Source of the DNA: Nocardioides sp.
GTDB lineage: Bacteria; Actinomycetota; Actinomycetes; Propionibacteriales; Nocardioidaceae
Direction: 5' to 3'
Length of the DNA: 64,000 bases
NCBI GenBank assembly: GCA_025965335.1
Contig: JAOPXC010000370.1
Location: forward strand, 2,397 to 66,396
A model generated the notes under the pieces. That model searched no databases. It had not been told where the DNA came from and worked only from the letters and a program-made list of their open reading frames with translations. Made by a program: the position numbers and the translations under genes. Below are positions 26,228 to 35,477 of the stretch, in pieces; position 1 is the first letter of the stretch; each line of letters starts with the position of its first letter.

Positions 26228-29062
26228 GTGGCGAACACCATTTCGGCGGTAGGCGCCCTTGTCAGCGTCTCCTCCACTGGCGGCACCACGCTGACCGTTT
26301 CGCCGACCACCGTGGGCGACGCGTTGGTGCTCGTGTCACGTATCGACAGCCCCATCACGGTCACCGCCGTTTCCGGCGGCGGCTGCACGGGCTGGACGCA
26401 GCTCGCGCCGTCGTTCGGTTTTGCCCCGGGCGCCACGACCGAAGATATGCAGATCTGGATCGGCACGGTCGCCACCACGGGATCCTCCACGATCACCATC
26501 ACGCCCAGCGCTTCAGTGTCCGGGAAACTGGTCGCGTTGATGACCCGCCAATTCACCTCTGGTGGTGGGGTCGGAACAGTATGGCGCCAGGACGGCTCCA
26601 GCGCGACGCAGAGTAATACCACCAGCTCGACCACGGTGCAGTTCCCCACGCTCACTCCAAGCGCCACGCTGCGGGCGTACGTGGGCTACATGTTGGTTGC
26701 CAATACTGGTCAGACCACCGGTGCCACCAGCGGGTACACCGCAGCGCTGGACCCGAGCCAGAACATCTACATCTACAACCCCAGCGTGGCGGCGTCCGCG
26801 CAGTCACCAGTCGGTACGCAGAACACGGCCGGCAAGTCCGGCGGTGTCGCCGTGCTGATCAACGCCACCAACCCGGTCGCCGCAACCGCCGCCCTGGCCG
26901 CCAGCACTTCGGTCACCGCCACGGGGGCGATCCTTCGGACTGGTACCGCGACCCTCGGCGCGACCACCACGGTCACGGCGACAGGCACCTACACCGCTGT
27001 CTCTAACGCAGCCCTGTCCGCGTCAACCACAGTCACGGCCGGTGGCGTAGGCCTGGCCGCCGGGACCGCTGCGCTGTCCGCGACCACGTCAGTCGCCGCT
27101 GCGGCTATCGCCACCACGGCCGCGACAGTCACGCTCGGCGCGACCACTACGGTCACCGCCGCCGGAGTCCGGGAGCAGCCTGCAATAGCAGCGCTGGCCT
27201 CGAGCGCAACGGTCACCGCCACCGGGGTAGCGACCACCACGGGTACGGCAGCTATGGCCGCTACGACTTCGGTCGCGGCCTCGGCCATCGACATCGCCCC
27301 AGGCGCCGCAACCCTCGCCGCCGCGACCTCGGTAACAGCCACGGCCTTCGCCACCACCACCGGGACAGCCAACCTTGCGGCCTCGACCACGGTCGGTGCC
27401 TCGGCCGTGGATCTGGTTGCCGGTGCGGCCACGTTGTCGGCCGTCACCTCGGTCACGGCCTCGGGTTTCGCCACAACAACCGGTTCGGCGGCTTTGTCCG
27501 CGTCGACAGCGGTCACCGCCACCGGGGTCGGGCAAACGGCGGGCTCAGCGTCGCTGTCAGCGGCCACCACAGTCACCGCTGCGGGCGTTCGGGTTCAGCC
27601 CGCTACCGCGACCCTGACCAGCGCAACAACGGTCACAGCGGCGGCTACAGCGGCCACGACCGGCACCGCCGCACTGGCCGCTACCACGTCGGTGGCCGCT
27701 GGTGGGATCGACATCGCGCCCGGTGCGGCGACGCTGTCGGCGGCTACGTCGGTGGCGGCTACTGGCACGCAGACGTTCTTCGCCACCGCCACTTTCGCCG
27801 CCTCCACGTCGGTCAGCGCTGCCGCGATCGACGTCGCACCGGCGACGGCAGCACTGGCCTCGAGCACCTCCGTCACAGCCGCAGCGTTCGCCACTACCAC
27901 CGGTACCGCTGCGCTCAGCGCGGTCACTACGGTCACGGCCGACACGGCCGGTGGCTCGTCCGGAACAGCGGCCCTCTCTGCGACCACCTCCGTCAGTGCG
28001 ACGGGGGTGCAGATCACGCTCGCGACGGCGGCGCTGGCCGCAGCCACGTCGGTGACGGCTGCCGCGAACTCGACGTTGGGTGCGTCGGCCGCGCTCGCCG
28101 CCTCGAGCTCCGTGGTGGCGAACGCCGTCCGCGCACAATCCGCGACCACAGCTCTTGCCGCCAGCACTTCGGTCACCGCCACCGGAACAGCCACCCTCGG
28201 CGCAGCCGCTTCGCTGGCCGCTGTCACCACGGTCAACGCGACCACGGCCGGATCCACCGCCGCTACCGCCACGCTCACGGCCAACACCACGGTCGCAGCC
28301 TCGGGCGCTGTTATTGCTGTGGCGACCGCCGCCCTGACGGCCTCGACCACGGTCACGGCCGGGGCGGTGCGGACACAACCGGCGACGGCGGCACTGATCG
28401 CCAGCACGAGCGTCACCGCCTCTGGTGTGCGTGAGCAGTCGGCCACCGCTGTGCTCAACGCGGTCACGTCTGTCAACGCGGTCACCGCCGGCTCGGCGGA
28501 CGGAACAGCGTCCCTCACCTCGAGCACATCGGTCACCGCCGATGCGCAGGTGGTCGCAGTCGCGTCGGCCGCTCTGGGCGCCACGACTTCCGTAGCTGCC
28601 GCCGGTACGGTCGCCCAGCCGGCGACCGCGACACTGTCCGCGACCACCGCCGTCAACTCGGCCGCGACACCCAGCACCCCGGGCGTTGCGTCGCTGCAAG
28701 CGGTCACCGTGCTCACCGCCCAGGCGGTACTGGGCGTGCAGGCCACGGCGTTGCTGTCCGCCGGCACGTCCGTTGTCGCGGTCGTGCACCTGTCCGCGTT
28801 CACCACCGCCACGTTGGGCGCGACCACGTCGGTGACGGCGCTGGCGAACCACCCCAGCTGGGAACCCGACGTCGGAGACCCGGCGCTACTCAACGCGGTG
28901 CACGCCCTACCACCGGTCACGCTGCCCACGGTCAGCGCTACCGTGCAGCCGTTGATCAGCACCTACGCCGACACGCCCAGTGCGGTCGCCGGCGTGGGTT
29001 CTCGAGACCCCCAAACCCTGGGTCCGTTCATCCAGATCGGTACCCCGCAGGCTTTGGACTAG
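26228..29062 (+). CDS. Fibre-like protein 2: N-terminal globular domain plus 20-aa tandem repeats
   Basis: GTG after upstream stop; about 32 repeat units of the same family. Confidence 0.85.
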   Translation: MANTISAVGALVSVSSTGGTTLTVSPTTVGDALVLVSRIDSPITVTAVSGGGCTGWTQLAPSFGFAPGATTEDMQIWIGTVATTGSSTITITPSASVSGKLVALMTRQFTSGGGVGTVWRQDGSSATQSNTTSSTTVQFPTLTPSATLRAYVGYMLVANTGQTTGATSGYTAALDPSQNIYIYNPSVAASAQSPVGTQNTAGKSGGVAVLINATNPVAATAALAASTSVTATGAILRTGTATLGATTTVTATGTYTAVSNAALSASTTVTAGGVGLAAGTAALSATTSVAAAAIATTAATVTLGATTTVTAAGVREQPAIAALASSATVTATGVATTTGTAAMAATTSVAASAIDIAPGAATLAAATSVTATAFATTTGTANLAASTTVGASAVDLVAGAATLSAVTSVTASGFATTTGSAALSASTAVTATGVGQTAGSASLSAATTVTAAGVRVQPATATLTSATTVTAAATAATTGTAALAATTSVAAGGIDIAPGAATLSAATSVAATGTQTFFATATFAASTSVSAAAIDVAPATAALASSTSVTAAAFATTTGTAALSAVTTVTADTAGGSSGTAALSATTSVSATGVQITLATAALAAATSVTAAANSTLGASAALAASSSVVANAVRAQSATTALAASTSVTATGTATLGAAASLAAVTTVNATTAGSTAATATLTANTTVAASGAVIAVATAALTASTTVTAGAVRTQPATAALIASTSVTASGVREQSATAVLNAVTSVNAVTAGSADGTASLTSSTSVTADAQVVAVASAALGATTSVAAAGTVAQPATATLSATTAVNSAATPSTPGVASLQAVTVLTAQAVLGVQATALLSAGTSVVAVVHLSAFTTATLGATTSVTALANHPSWEPDVGDPALLNAVHALPPVTLPTVSATVQPLISTYADTPSAVAGVGSRDPQTLGPFIQIGTPQALD

Positions 29063-29070
29063 GAGATCCC

Positions 29071-29244
29071 GTGACCACCAGCACCGACCCGGAGATGACC
29101 GGCAGCTATTTGATCTGTGCCTACATGCGGTTCGGCTGCACGTGGGTGGCCCGCTGGCTACCCGGCGGCGAGCAACGCGCCCGCACCCAACGGATAGAGC
29201 ACGAGAAAACGTGCCGGTACCAGTATCAGCAGACCCGCCCCTAG
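29071..29244 (+). CDS. 57-aa zinc-finger-like protein (not in ORF track)
   Basis: AGGAG RBS; MTTSTDPEMTGSYLICAYMRFGCTWVARWLPGGEQRARTQRIEHEKTCRYQYQQTRP. Confidence 0.65.
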   Translation: MTTSTDPEMTGSYLICAYMRFGCTWVARWLPGGEQRARTQRIEHEKTCRYQYQQTRP

Positions 29245-29295
29245 CCCGTCCGGACCGCCTCGACCGGCTCGTCACCGGGCGGTTCGGACGTGTAA

Positions 29296-29348
29296 AAGCC
29301 CCAGGTCAGCGCTTGAGTCATCCCCGTGACTCGCGCTGACCTGGGGTT
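29296..29348. terminator. Bidirectional terminator between convergent arms
   Basis: AAGCCCCAGGTCAGCGC-TT-GAGTCA / TGACTC-GCGCTGACCTGGGGTT with A-run upstream and T-run downstream. Confidence 0.8.
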
Positions 29349-32344
29349 CATTTTTGCGTCCGGGGTAAGATCGGCGCAGCGTGTAGCTCAACAGACCAGA
29401 GCGTCAGGCGGCCTAGGTAACGACCTGGATACCCCGGTAAGAGTCCGGGCGCCCTGCGCTTCAGGGGCGCTTTCGCATACACGCGGTGAACCCCGGCCAA
29501 GGCTGCGGGCCCGCCTGGGTTACGGTGCGCCACCACGACCGGCTCCCCGGTCCGCGTGTCCAGCCTGGCGGCATGACCTCCGGCACGTCGTCGCCGTCGA
29601 GGATCACCTCGTCACCAACAGCTGGTTGATCGGGTGGATCAACCCAAAGCCAGACGTCGCCCATCAGCCCGCCGCCCCGCACTTCGCGCACACCGTGCTC
29701 GTCACACCGCTACGGTTCGTGGTGGTCACCCACATGTGCGGGTTGTCCGCCGAACCACACGACCCGGTGGCCATCAGCCGGCGGATCCACGCACGGAGCT
29801 CGTCGAGCCGCTCGAGGTGCTCGGTGCGGCGGTACAGGTCCGGGTCCACGCCGCGAGACTTTACCTCCGGTCAGACACAGCGGCCTGGTTCGGGGTGGCC
29901 GCCGGCTTCCGGATCCGCCACGGGGTACGACACCTGCGGCACCGCTCCCACTCACCCGACTTGCGGGCCCGGGCCACCGCTTCAGCGCACGGCGGGCAGG
30001 CTTTGACCTTCGCCTCCCGGTCTTCGACCGTGTTGTCCACGGTGTTCGGGTGCCGGTACGCCTTGAGGAACACGTACCCGAACAACCCGACCACGGCGGC
30101 CAGGAGCCACGGCCACAGCTGCGCCCAGTTGGCGACCACGGCTGCGAACAGCAGGCAGAACAGGGCGATGAGCACCACATAACCCAGGGCGGCGTTCCCC
30201 TCCGTAGGCCGGTACCGGCGGTAGCCACCGAACGACGTGCCGACCCGCAGTGGGGTGAACGGGATACGGGCGGACACCCACGGCCTCATCGGGTTCTCCT
30301 CGTTCCGGTGATGGGTCATCGTCGCAGGTGGGCGGGGTGTTACGTAGGGCCGGTCAGGTAGTGGACGTGCGACGGCTCGGCATGGTCAGCCCCCACCAAT
30401 GTGGACCACCTTCAGGTCCCCCTTGCTGACCAACTCCGACCACGAGCGTTCGTCACCGGCTGTCGACTTCCACGGCTCGTCGTCGCCGGGGCCAGGCCGG
30501 TTCTGCCAGGCCAGGCCGTCGTCGTCGATCACCACGGACATTGGGTCGGGTTCGGGGGGGACGACGAAGGAAATCTTCGCCCCGACCTTGTAGTCGCTCA
30601 CGGTGTCTGCTCGGTCCCTGCTGGCCCACGCTCGATGATCATCTCGCCGATACCGCCACCGCCATACCAGCCCGGGCACGACTGGTACATCGGGTGGCCA
30701 CACAGGCAATACGCCTCCGGGCCCTCGGTGTAGAGCCCGTTGAAGTGGCGACTATCGGGAACCTCATGATCTGATTCGCCGTGCATGACCGGGTAGTCGC
30801 CGATCCAGTCCGGTTCCGGATTGCGATGGGCCATGTCAGGGGTTAGGCAGTCAGGTCCGCACAGTCGCTCGCTCACGGTGTCTCCCCGCCGAAGTTGATG
30901 GTGTACACGTTGGAGGGGATCGGCACCAACAGGTGACCGTTCGGGCAGCGGATCACCCACACATACAGCCCGTGGGTTGCGTCCCATGTCGATCCGATGA
31001 TCAGCGTGTGTGAGCCGCAGGTGCCGCACGTACCGAGACCACCGTTGTTCGCCGTGTCCCGGCGTAGTGAGTTCGGCCCGTCGGTTGCCTGGTACAGGTT
31101 TAGTTCCTCGGCCTGCCGCACAAGATCTGTCAACGGGCCGTCGGTCACGGTGTCTCCCGTGTTCCATGCAGGTACTCGCGGAGAAGTCGACGAAGCTCGC
31201 CAACCGGAACCTCCGCCTCATCGGCGAGGTAGCCGCCGTCCTCCGTACCGAACAGGGCACGGTCGATACCTGAGACTCGACGCTCCCGCGCCTCGGCCAG
31301 GTCGGCGCCCCGCCGGTCGTACTCGGCTAGCAGCGTCTGTAGCGCGACGTGGACACTTGGGCCGACCGTTCCCCGAAGACGCAACCACCGCTCGGCGTCG
31401 GCCAGTTCGTCGGGGGAGGGCTGCTCAGATCGCAACGGGTTCACTCCGTCCGTGGCCTCGTACATACCAAGCTCCTCGGCCTGCCGCACCAAACCGGTCA
31501 TCCGGTCCGGGGGTGGCGGGACGAGTCCTTCGTAGCTCACAGCGTCTCGCTCTCGGTGGGGGCCGGCGCGGTCCGGATGGGAATGCCAAAGTGGCATCGA
31601 CCGCTCGGCTCGCAGGTGCTCAGGTCAGCGCAGGACCCGTAGATGTGGCACGGGCCGGGGCGAGTGCCATCGGGCAGCGTCTTCGCCGCGGGCGGACACA
31701 GGATCAACCTGTCGCCCATCACGCCTCGCTCTCGGTGGGGGTGGCAGACAGCAGACTCTCAGCCGATTCGAGCATCTCGTCGGACACGCAGTAGCAGTCG
31801 TGGGCGCAGTCGTTTACCGCAGCGACCAGGCCGGTCAGCGCGGTGGTCAGCAGGTCGACACGGGCCTTGAGTGCGTCGTGCCCCTCATCGGTAGGTTCGA
31901 CTACGAGCGGTCCGGCCAGGTTCCCGAAAAACTTGACCACTGCGGAACGAAAGTTGCCGGCGTCGTAGATCTGCACCGTGTCACCGGCGCGCAGGACAGG
32001 CGGCCCGGTGGCTAGTACCTCGGCTACCGCATCCACCACGGCACCCCAGCGGACCGTATGGGTAGTAGACGCGGTTGTGCCGAACTTGGTGCGGAACGCT
32101 AGCGCGGCGGCTTGGGCGGCGCGGTCCCGGACATCCGGAGGCAACTCAGTCATCGGACCTCGCCTCCGAATCCGTGAGGACTCCAACCGTGCTCAGCGCG
32201 GTACGCGTCGATCTCATCGCGGACCCGGCGGCACTCAGGAGCCGGATTGCCGGTACGTTCCTCGACGACCTCACCGAACATGTCGACCATCTCGCGAGCC
32301 TCGAACAGCAACTTGGACAGTCGCGCCGCCTCGCCACTCATCAC
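29348..32344 (-). other. Cluster of about 10 small leftward hypothetical genes
   Basis: Chain of ORFs with 4-nt stop/start overlaps (e.g. 29664..29849, 29861..30319, 30873..31148, 31145..31540, 31537..31722, 31719..32153, 32150..32344). Confidence 0.7.
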
Positions 32345-33780
32345 GCCACTCCCTTAGTCAGCTTCAAACTCTTCATCGCCTGGTCGTACCCGGCTCGGTG
32401 CGCCGCCGACGGCCCTACGGCCTCGATCTCGGACCCGGTCAGGTAGGCGCGCATCGCCGCATCCATCCGCACATGTCGGCGTGCGTACTCCGGGCCGGCC
32501 GCCGCCGCCGAACCCGCATCCAACCCGCAGGTGAAGTGCCGCCTAGACCAGGCCACATCGGCGACCGTGAGCCCTGCGTGCAGGCGGGGCTGGTTCGGAT
32601 CTACCGACTGCAAATACGGCACCTTGAGCCGGACGGGGGCGGCGTCGGAGGACAGCAGGTACTCCCCGGCGTGACGCGGTGCGAGGAGTTTGTGGTCGCC
32701 GGTCAGCCGGCCCACATCATCCGGGTCTCTGGTGCGGAAGATGGCGGTGTAGCCGGCGTTGGCCCGGGTGTCCGCCCCTTGGTCGCCGAGGTGGTCGGAC
32801 ACGCCGCGTTGGGAGGCGAATTTGATCCACACCCGTGCACTACCGGCCCCCTGGGCGATCTTCGCCGCCAGCTGCGACGCGGTGTGCTCCACCCCCATGT
32901 ACTCGCCCCGCGTCACCCTGTTCCGCAGCGGGTAAGAGGCTTCGTCGAGGTGGATGATGATGGTGGTGAACCCGTCCCGTTCCGCCATCGGCTGACATTG
33001 GCGCCACCTCGCAATACGCAACAACGCCACCAGCGTGTCCACGGTGTCGCGCTGCCCCGACGCCACCCAATCCAGCGGCAACGGCAGCCCGGTGTCCGCG
33101 TACGGCTCCACCCAACCCGCCACCAGGTCGTACAACTTCCACGTACCAGCCACCCAGACGGCGAGGTTGCGGGTGCGGGTTTCCTCCGCGAGCTCCGCAT
33201 GCAGAAACGCCGTCTTACCGCTCCCCGTAGCACCGGCGCAGGTCGAGTGGGTGTTGATGCGCATCCGGTACGGCTCCCCATCCAACCGGTACCCGTAGAT
33301 GCGGGGCTCGGAGACGTCTGCCCACTCCGGCTGGTCCACGAACGGGATGGTCCGGGCCATCACATCCTCACCCACCACCGTCAACTCATAGGTGCCGGCC
33401 GCCGAGGTTTTCTCCAACTGCACCCAATCCGAACAGATGTCTTGACCGGTGACTTCGGCGAGGGCGACGGCGATCTTCTCTGCATCCCACCCGGACAAAC
33501 CCTGCTGGGCGTTGCTGCGGCACATCACCTTGGACGGCACCCGCAACGTCGCCCGCACCCCTGCCGGGATCGGCGACCACGCAACCACCTGCAACTCACC
33601 GTGGCCGACCTTGCGTAGGGCTTGGCGCAGCGGCTCCATCAGGTCCGGCTCGACGCTGGCGACCTTCGCGGGGCGTCTTGTCGGAGCCACGGGCGGGGGA
33701 GGGCGGCGGGTCTCCGCATAAGTCACGACCGCGAGTAGGGCGACCACGACTGCGCCGACCAGCCAAATCAGCCAGTCCAT
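32341..33780 (-). CDS. FtsK/SpoIIIE-family ATPase, TraB-like DNA translocase
   Basis: N-terminal TM, Walker A GATGSGKT, Walker B IIIHLDEA, ASQRG motif. Confidence 0.8.
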   Translation of the reverse strand: MDWLIWLVGAVVVALLAVVTYAETRRPPPPVAPTRRPAKVASVEPDLMEPLRQALRKVGHGELQVVAWSPIPAGVRATLRVPSKVMCRSNAQQGLSGWDAEKIAVALAEVTGQDICSDWVQLEKTSAAGTYELTVVGEDVMARTIPFVDQPEWADVSEPRIYGYRLDGEPYRMRINTHSTCAGATGSGKTAFLHAELAEETRTRNLAVWVAGTWKLYDLVAGWVEPYADTGLPLPLDWVASGQRDTVDTLVALLRIARWRQCQPMAERDGFTTIIIHLDEASYPLRNRVTRGEYMGVEHTASQLAAKIAQGAGSARVWIKFASQRGVSDHLGDQGADTRANAGYTAIFRTRDPDDVGRLTGDHKLLAPRHAGEYLLSSDAAPVRLKVPYLQSVDPNQPRLHAGLTVADVAWSRRHFTCGLDAGSAAAAGPEYARRHVRMDAAMRAYLTGSEIEAVGPSAAHRAGYDQAMKSLKLTKGVA

Positions 33781-34088
33781 CAGGGACGCTCTTCCGGCTC
33801 CATGACGCACACGTCGTCATCGTCAAAACGCAGGCGCATGCCCATCTCCCAGGCCATGTCCTCGGCGTCCTGCCACGGGTTGTTGTCGACCGTCATGCCG
33901 AATGCGAACTCAGTGCGGGCATCCTTGGGGGCGGGAGGGAGCTTCGGGAACCTGAACTTTGTGCCCGGCCTGCGGTCGGTGATGACCGCCTTAGCTACGT
34001 CAGCCCAGTTCTTGCCCTCACCCATCGACACCCAGAACTCTTCCGTCCACTTGTTCGCGGCGATCTCCTCTGCCGGCCCGTCGCTCAC
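33780..34088 (-). CDS. Hypothetical protein
   Basis: GGAGGAG RBS, overlaps with neighbours. Confidence 0.6.
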   Translation of the reverse strand: MSDGPAEEIAANKWTEEFWVSMGEGKNWADVAKAVITDRRPGTKFRFPKLPPAPKDARTEFAFGMTVDNNPWQDAEDMAWEMGMRLRFDDDDVCVMEPEERP

Positions 34089-34453
34089 GTCTGCTCCTCC
34101 GTCTCGGCCGCCTGGCGTTCCAACCATTCGGCCAGGTAGGCGCCCAGCCGGTCACGCCGGATCGGATCCTCCTGAGTGCTGAGAGGCTCCGGGTCGTCCC
34201 ACGATCCGTAGTACGGCGGCCCGTAAATTCCGTCAGCATCCGACCACGACCACTGCGCACTCGTCCCGCACTCATCGGCGCGGGCAAGACGCTCCTCGGT
34301 TGCGCCCTGCTCGTCTCCGTCGTACGGGGACAGCAGGGCCAGGATCTCCGAGCGCGTGCCCACATGCTCGGCAGACAACGGCCAATCACTCGACGTCGAC
34401 CACACGGCGTACAGATCCGTGTCCCGATCAGCTTTAAGGATGTGGACGCTCAC
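34085..34453 (-). CDS. Hypothetical protein
   Basis: GTGA overlaps on both sides; ERL.RAD..GTS motif. Confidence 0.7.
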   Translation of the reverse strand: MSVHILKADRDTDLYAVWSTSSDWPLSAEHVGTRSEILALLSPYDGDEQGATEERLARADECGTSAQWSWSDADGIYGPPYYGSWDDPEPLSTQEDPIRRDRLGAYLAEWLERQAAETEEQT

Positions 34454-34743
34454 TTCCCCTCCTCCGTCTCCGCCGCCTGCGCCGCGTCCTCATACGCCGC
34501 CGCCGTCCCCAACCGGCTCTGCGCCTTCTCCCCCCACATCGCCGCCTCCGCCAACAGCCCGGCGGCGGCATCTTGCAGGTCGGGTTTGTCCGCCATCGCC
34601 GCCGCCTGCGCCCGCAACGACTCCGCCCGGGCCGTGGCCTCCGCCGCACCCTTCCGGGCCGCCTCAGCCGTCTCCCGCAACGCCTTGGCCAGGGTGTGCC
34701 CCGTAGCTGTGTCCGTGGTCAATGTGGGTAGGTCGATGGTCAT
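34450..34743 (-). CDS. Ala-rich helical-hairpin protein
   Basis: 97 aa all-helical; ATGA overlap. Confidence 0.7.
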   Translation of the reverse strand: MTIDLPTLTTDTATGHTLAKALRETAEAARKGAAEATARAESLRAQAAAMADKPDLQDAAAGLLAEAAMWGEKAQSRLGTAAAYEDAAQAAETEEGK

Positions 34744-35012
34744 TTTGCTGCTCCCCAAAACTTGTCGGTGCAAAACAGAAACGGTGCCCCGCACGTCACC
34801 GCACAACACCACCGGGCGGCGTCGAGGTTCCCCAGCCACAACGCCACCACTCCCACGGTCGGCAACACCAGGATCAGCAACCACCACCGAGACGTGTCAC
34901 CACGCTTCATTCGGGCTGTCACCGGGCGGCGGTCCAGCCACGCCAAACGCCACATCACCAGACGAACCAGGGCGACGGCCACAACGGTTCCGGCGGCGAG
35001 GGAGGCGAACAT
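34740..35012 (-). CDS. Small multi-pass membrane protein
   Basis: Two to three hydrophobic segments; GAGGAG RBS. Confidence 0.65.
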   Translation of the reverse strand: MFASLAAGTVVAVALVRLVMWRLAWLDRRPVTARMKRGDTSRWWLLILVLPTVGVVALWLGNLDAARWCCAVTCGAPFLFCTDKFWGAAK

Positions 35013-35245
35013 GTCAGTCGCACTCCTCGCAGCGATCGTCCCCCGGGGCTTCAAGCGGGTTGCCGCAAGCGCAGGTGGGCTCGTCCTTGTCGTCTTCGTC
35101 CTCAGCCCAATACTCGGGCGGCAACATTGCGTCGTAGTGGGCCTGCGCCCGGTCGAATCCGCTCACCGGTGCACCACAAGGGCGGCCAGGAGGAGAACGA
35201 CCAGGAACAGCTGGAACGAGATGATGGAGAGCTGGGTGGACGTCT

Positions 35246-35428
35246 TCATGGCGAGTCCTTCTCTAGGTCTGTGCGGCGACCTGGCTTCCGTTCGAGGCTC
35301 TCAACTTCGGTGCGCAGGTACCCGCGCTGCGGCTTGATGCCGTGGCGGCGTAACAGCCGGCTCGCCGAGTCAGGCTTGATTTCGAGGTATTCGGCTACCT
35401 CGGCCAGGGTCATCACGGGCTCTTGCAT
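35246..35428 (-). CDS. Small HTH DNA-binding protein (excisionase/MerR-like)
   Basis: MTLAEVAEYLEI...S...LL.R; PGRRTDL tail; leaderless promoter TTGACC-N18-TAAGGT upstream. Confidence 0.8.
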   Translation of the reverse strand: MQEPVMTLAEVAEYLEIKPDSASRLLRRHGIKPQRGYLRTEVESLERKPGRRTDLEKDSP

Positions 35429-35477
35429 GCCCTAACCTTATCACCCCTAGCCGGACACGGTCAAGTTGAGGTGCAGG

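Noticed and set aside
24932-28962. Long antisense ORFs over the repeat fibres
   Set aside because: Mirror frames of Ala/Thr/Val repeats lacking stops.
22609-29062. Diversity-generating retroelement or invertase shufflon acting on fibre genes
   Set aside because: No reverse transcriptase or invertase in the window, no adenine-specific TR/VR pair and no inverted cassettes; differences between duplicates are mostly synonymous.
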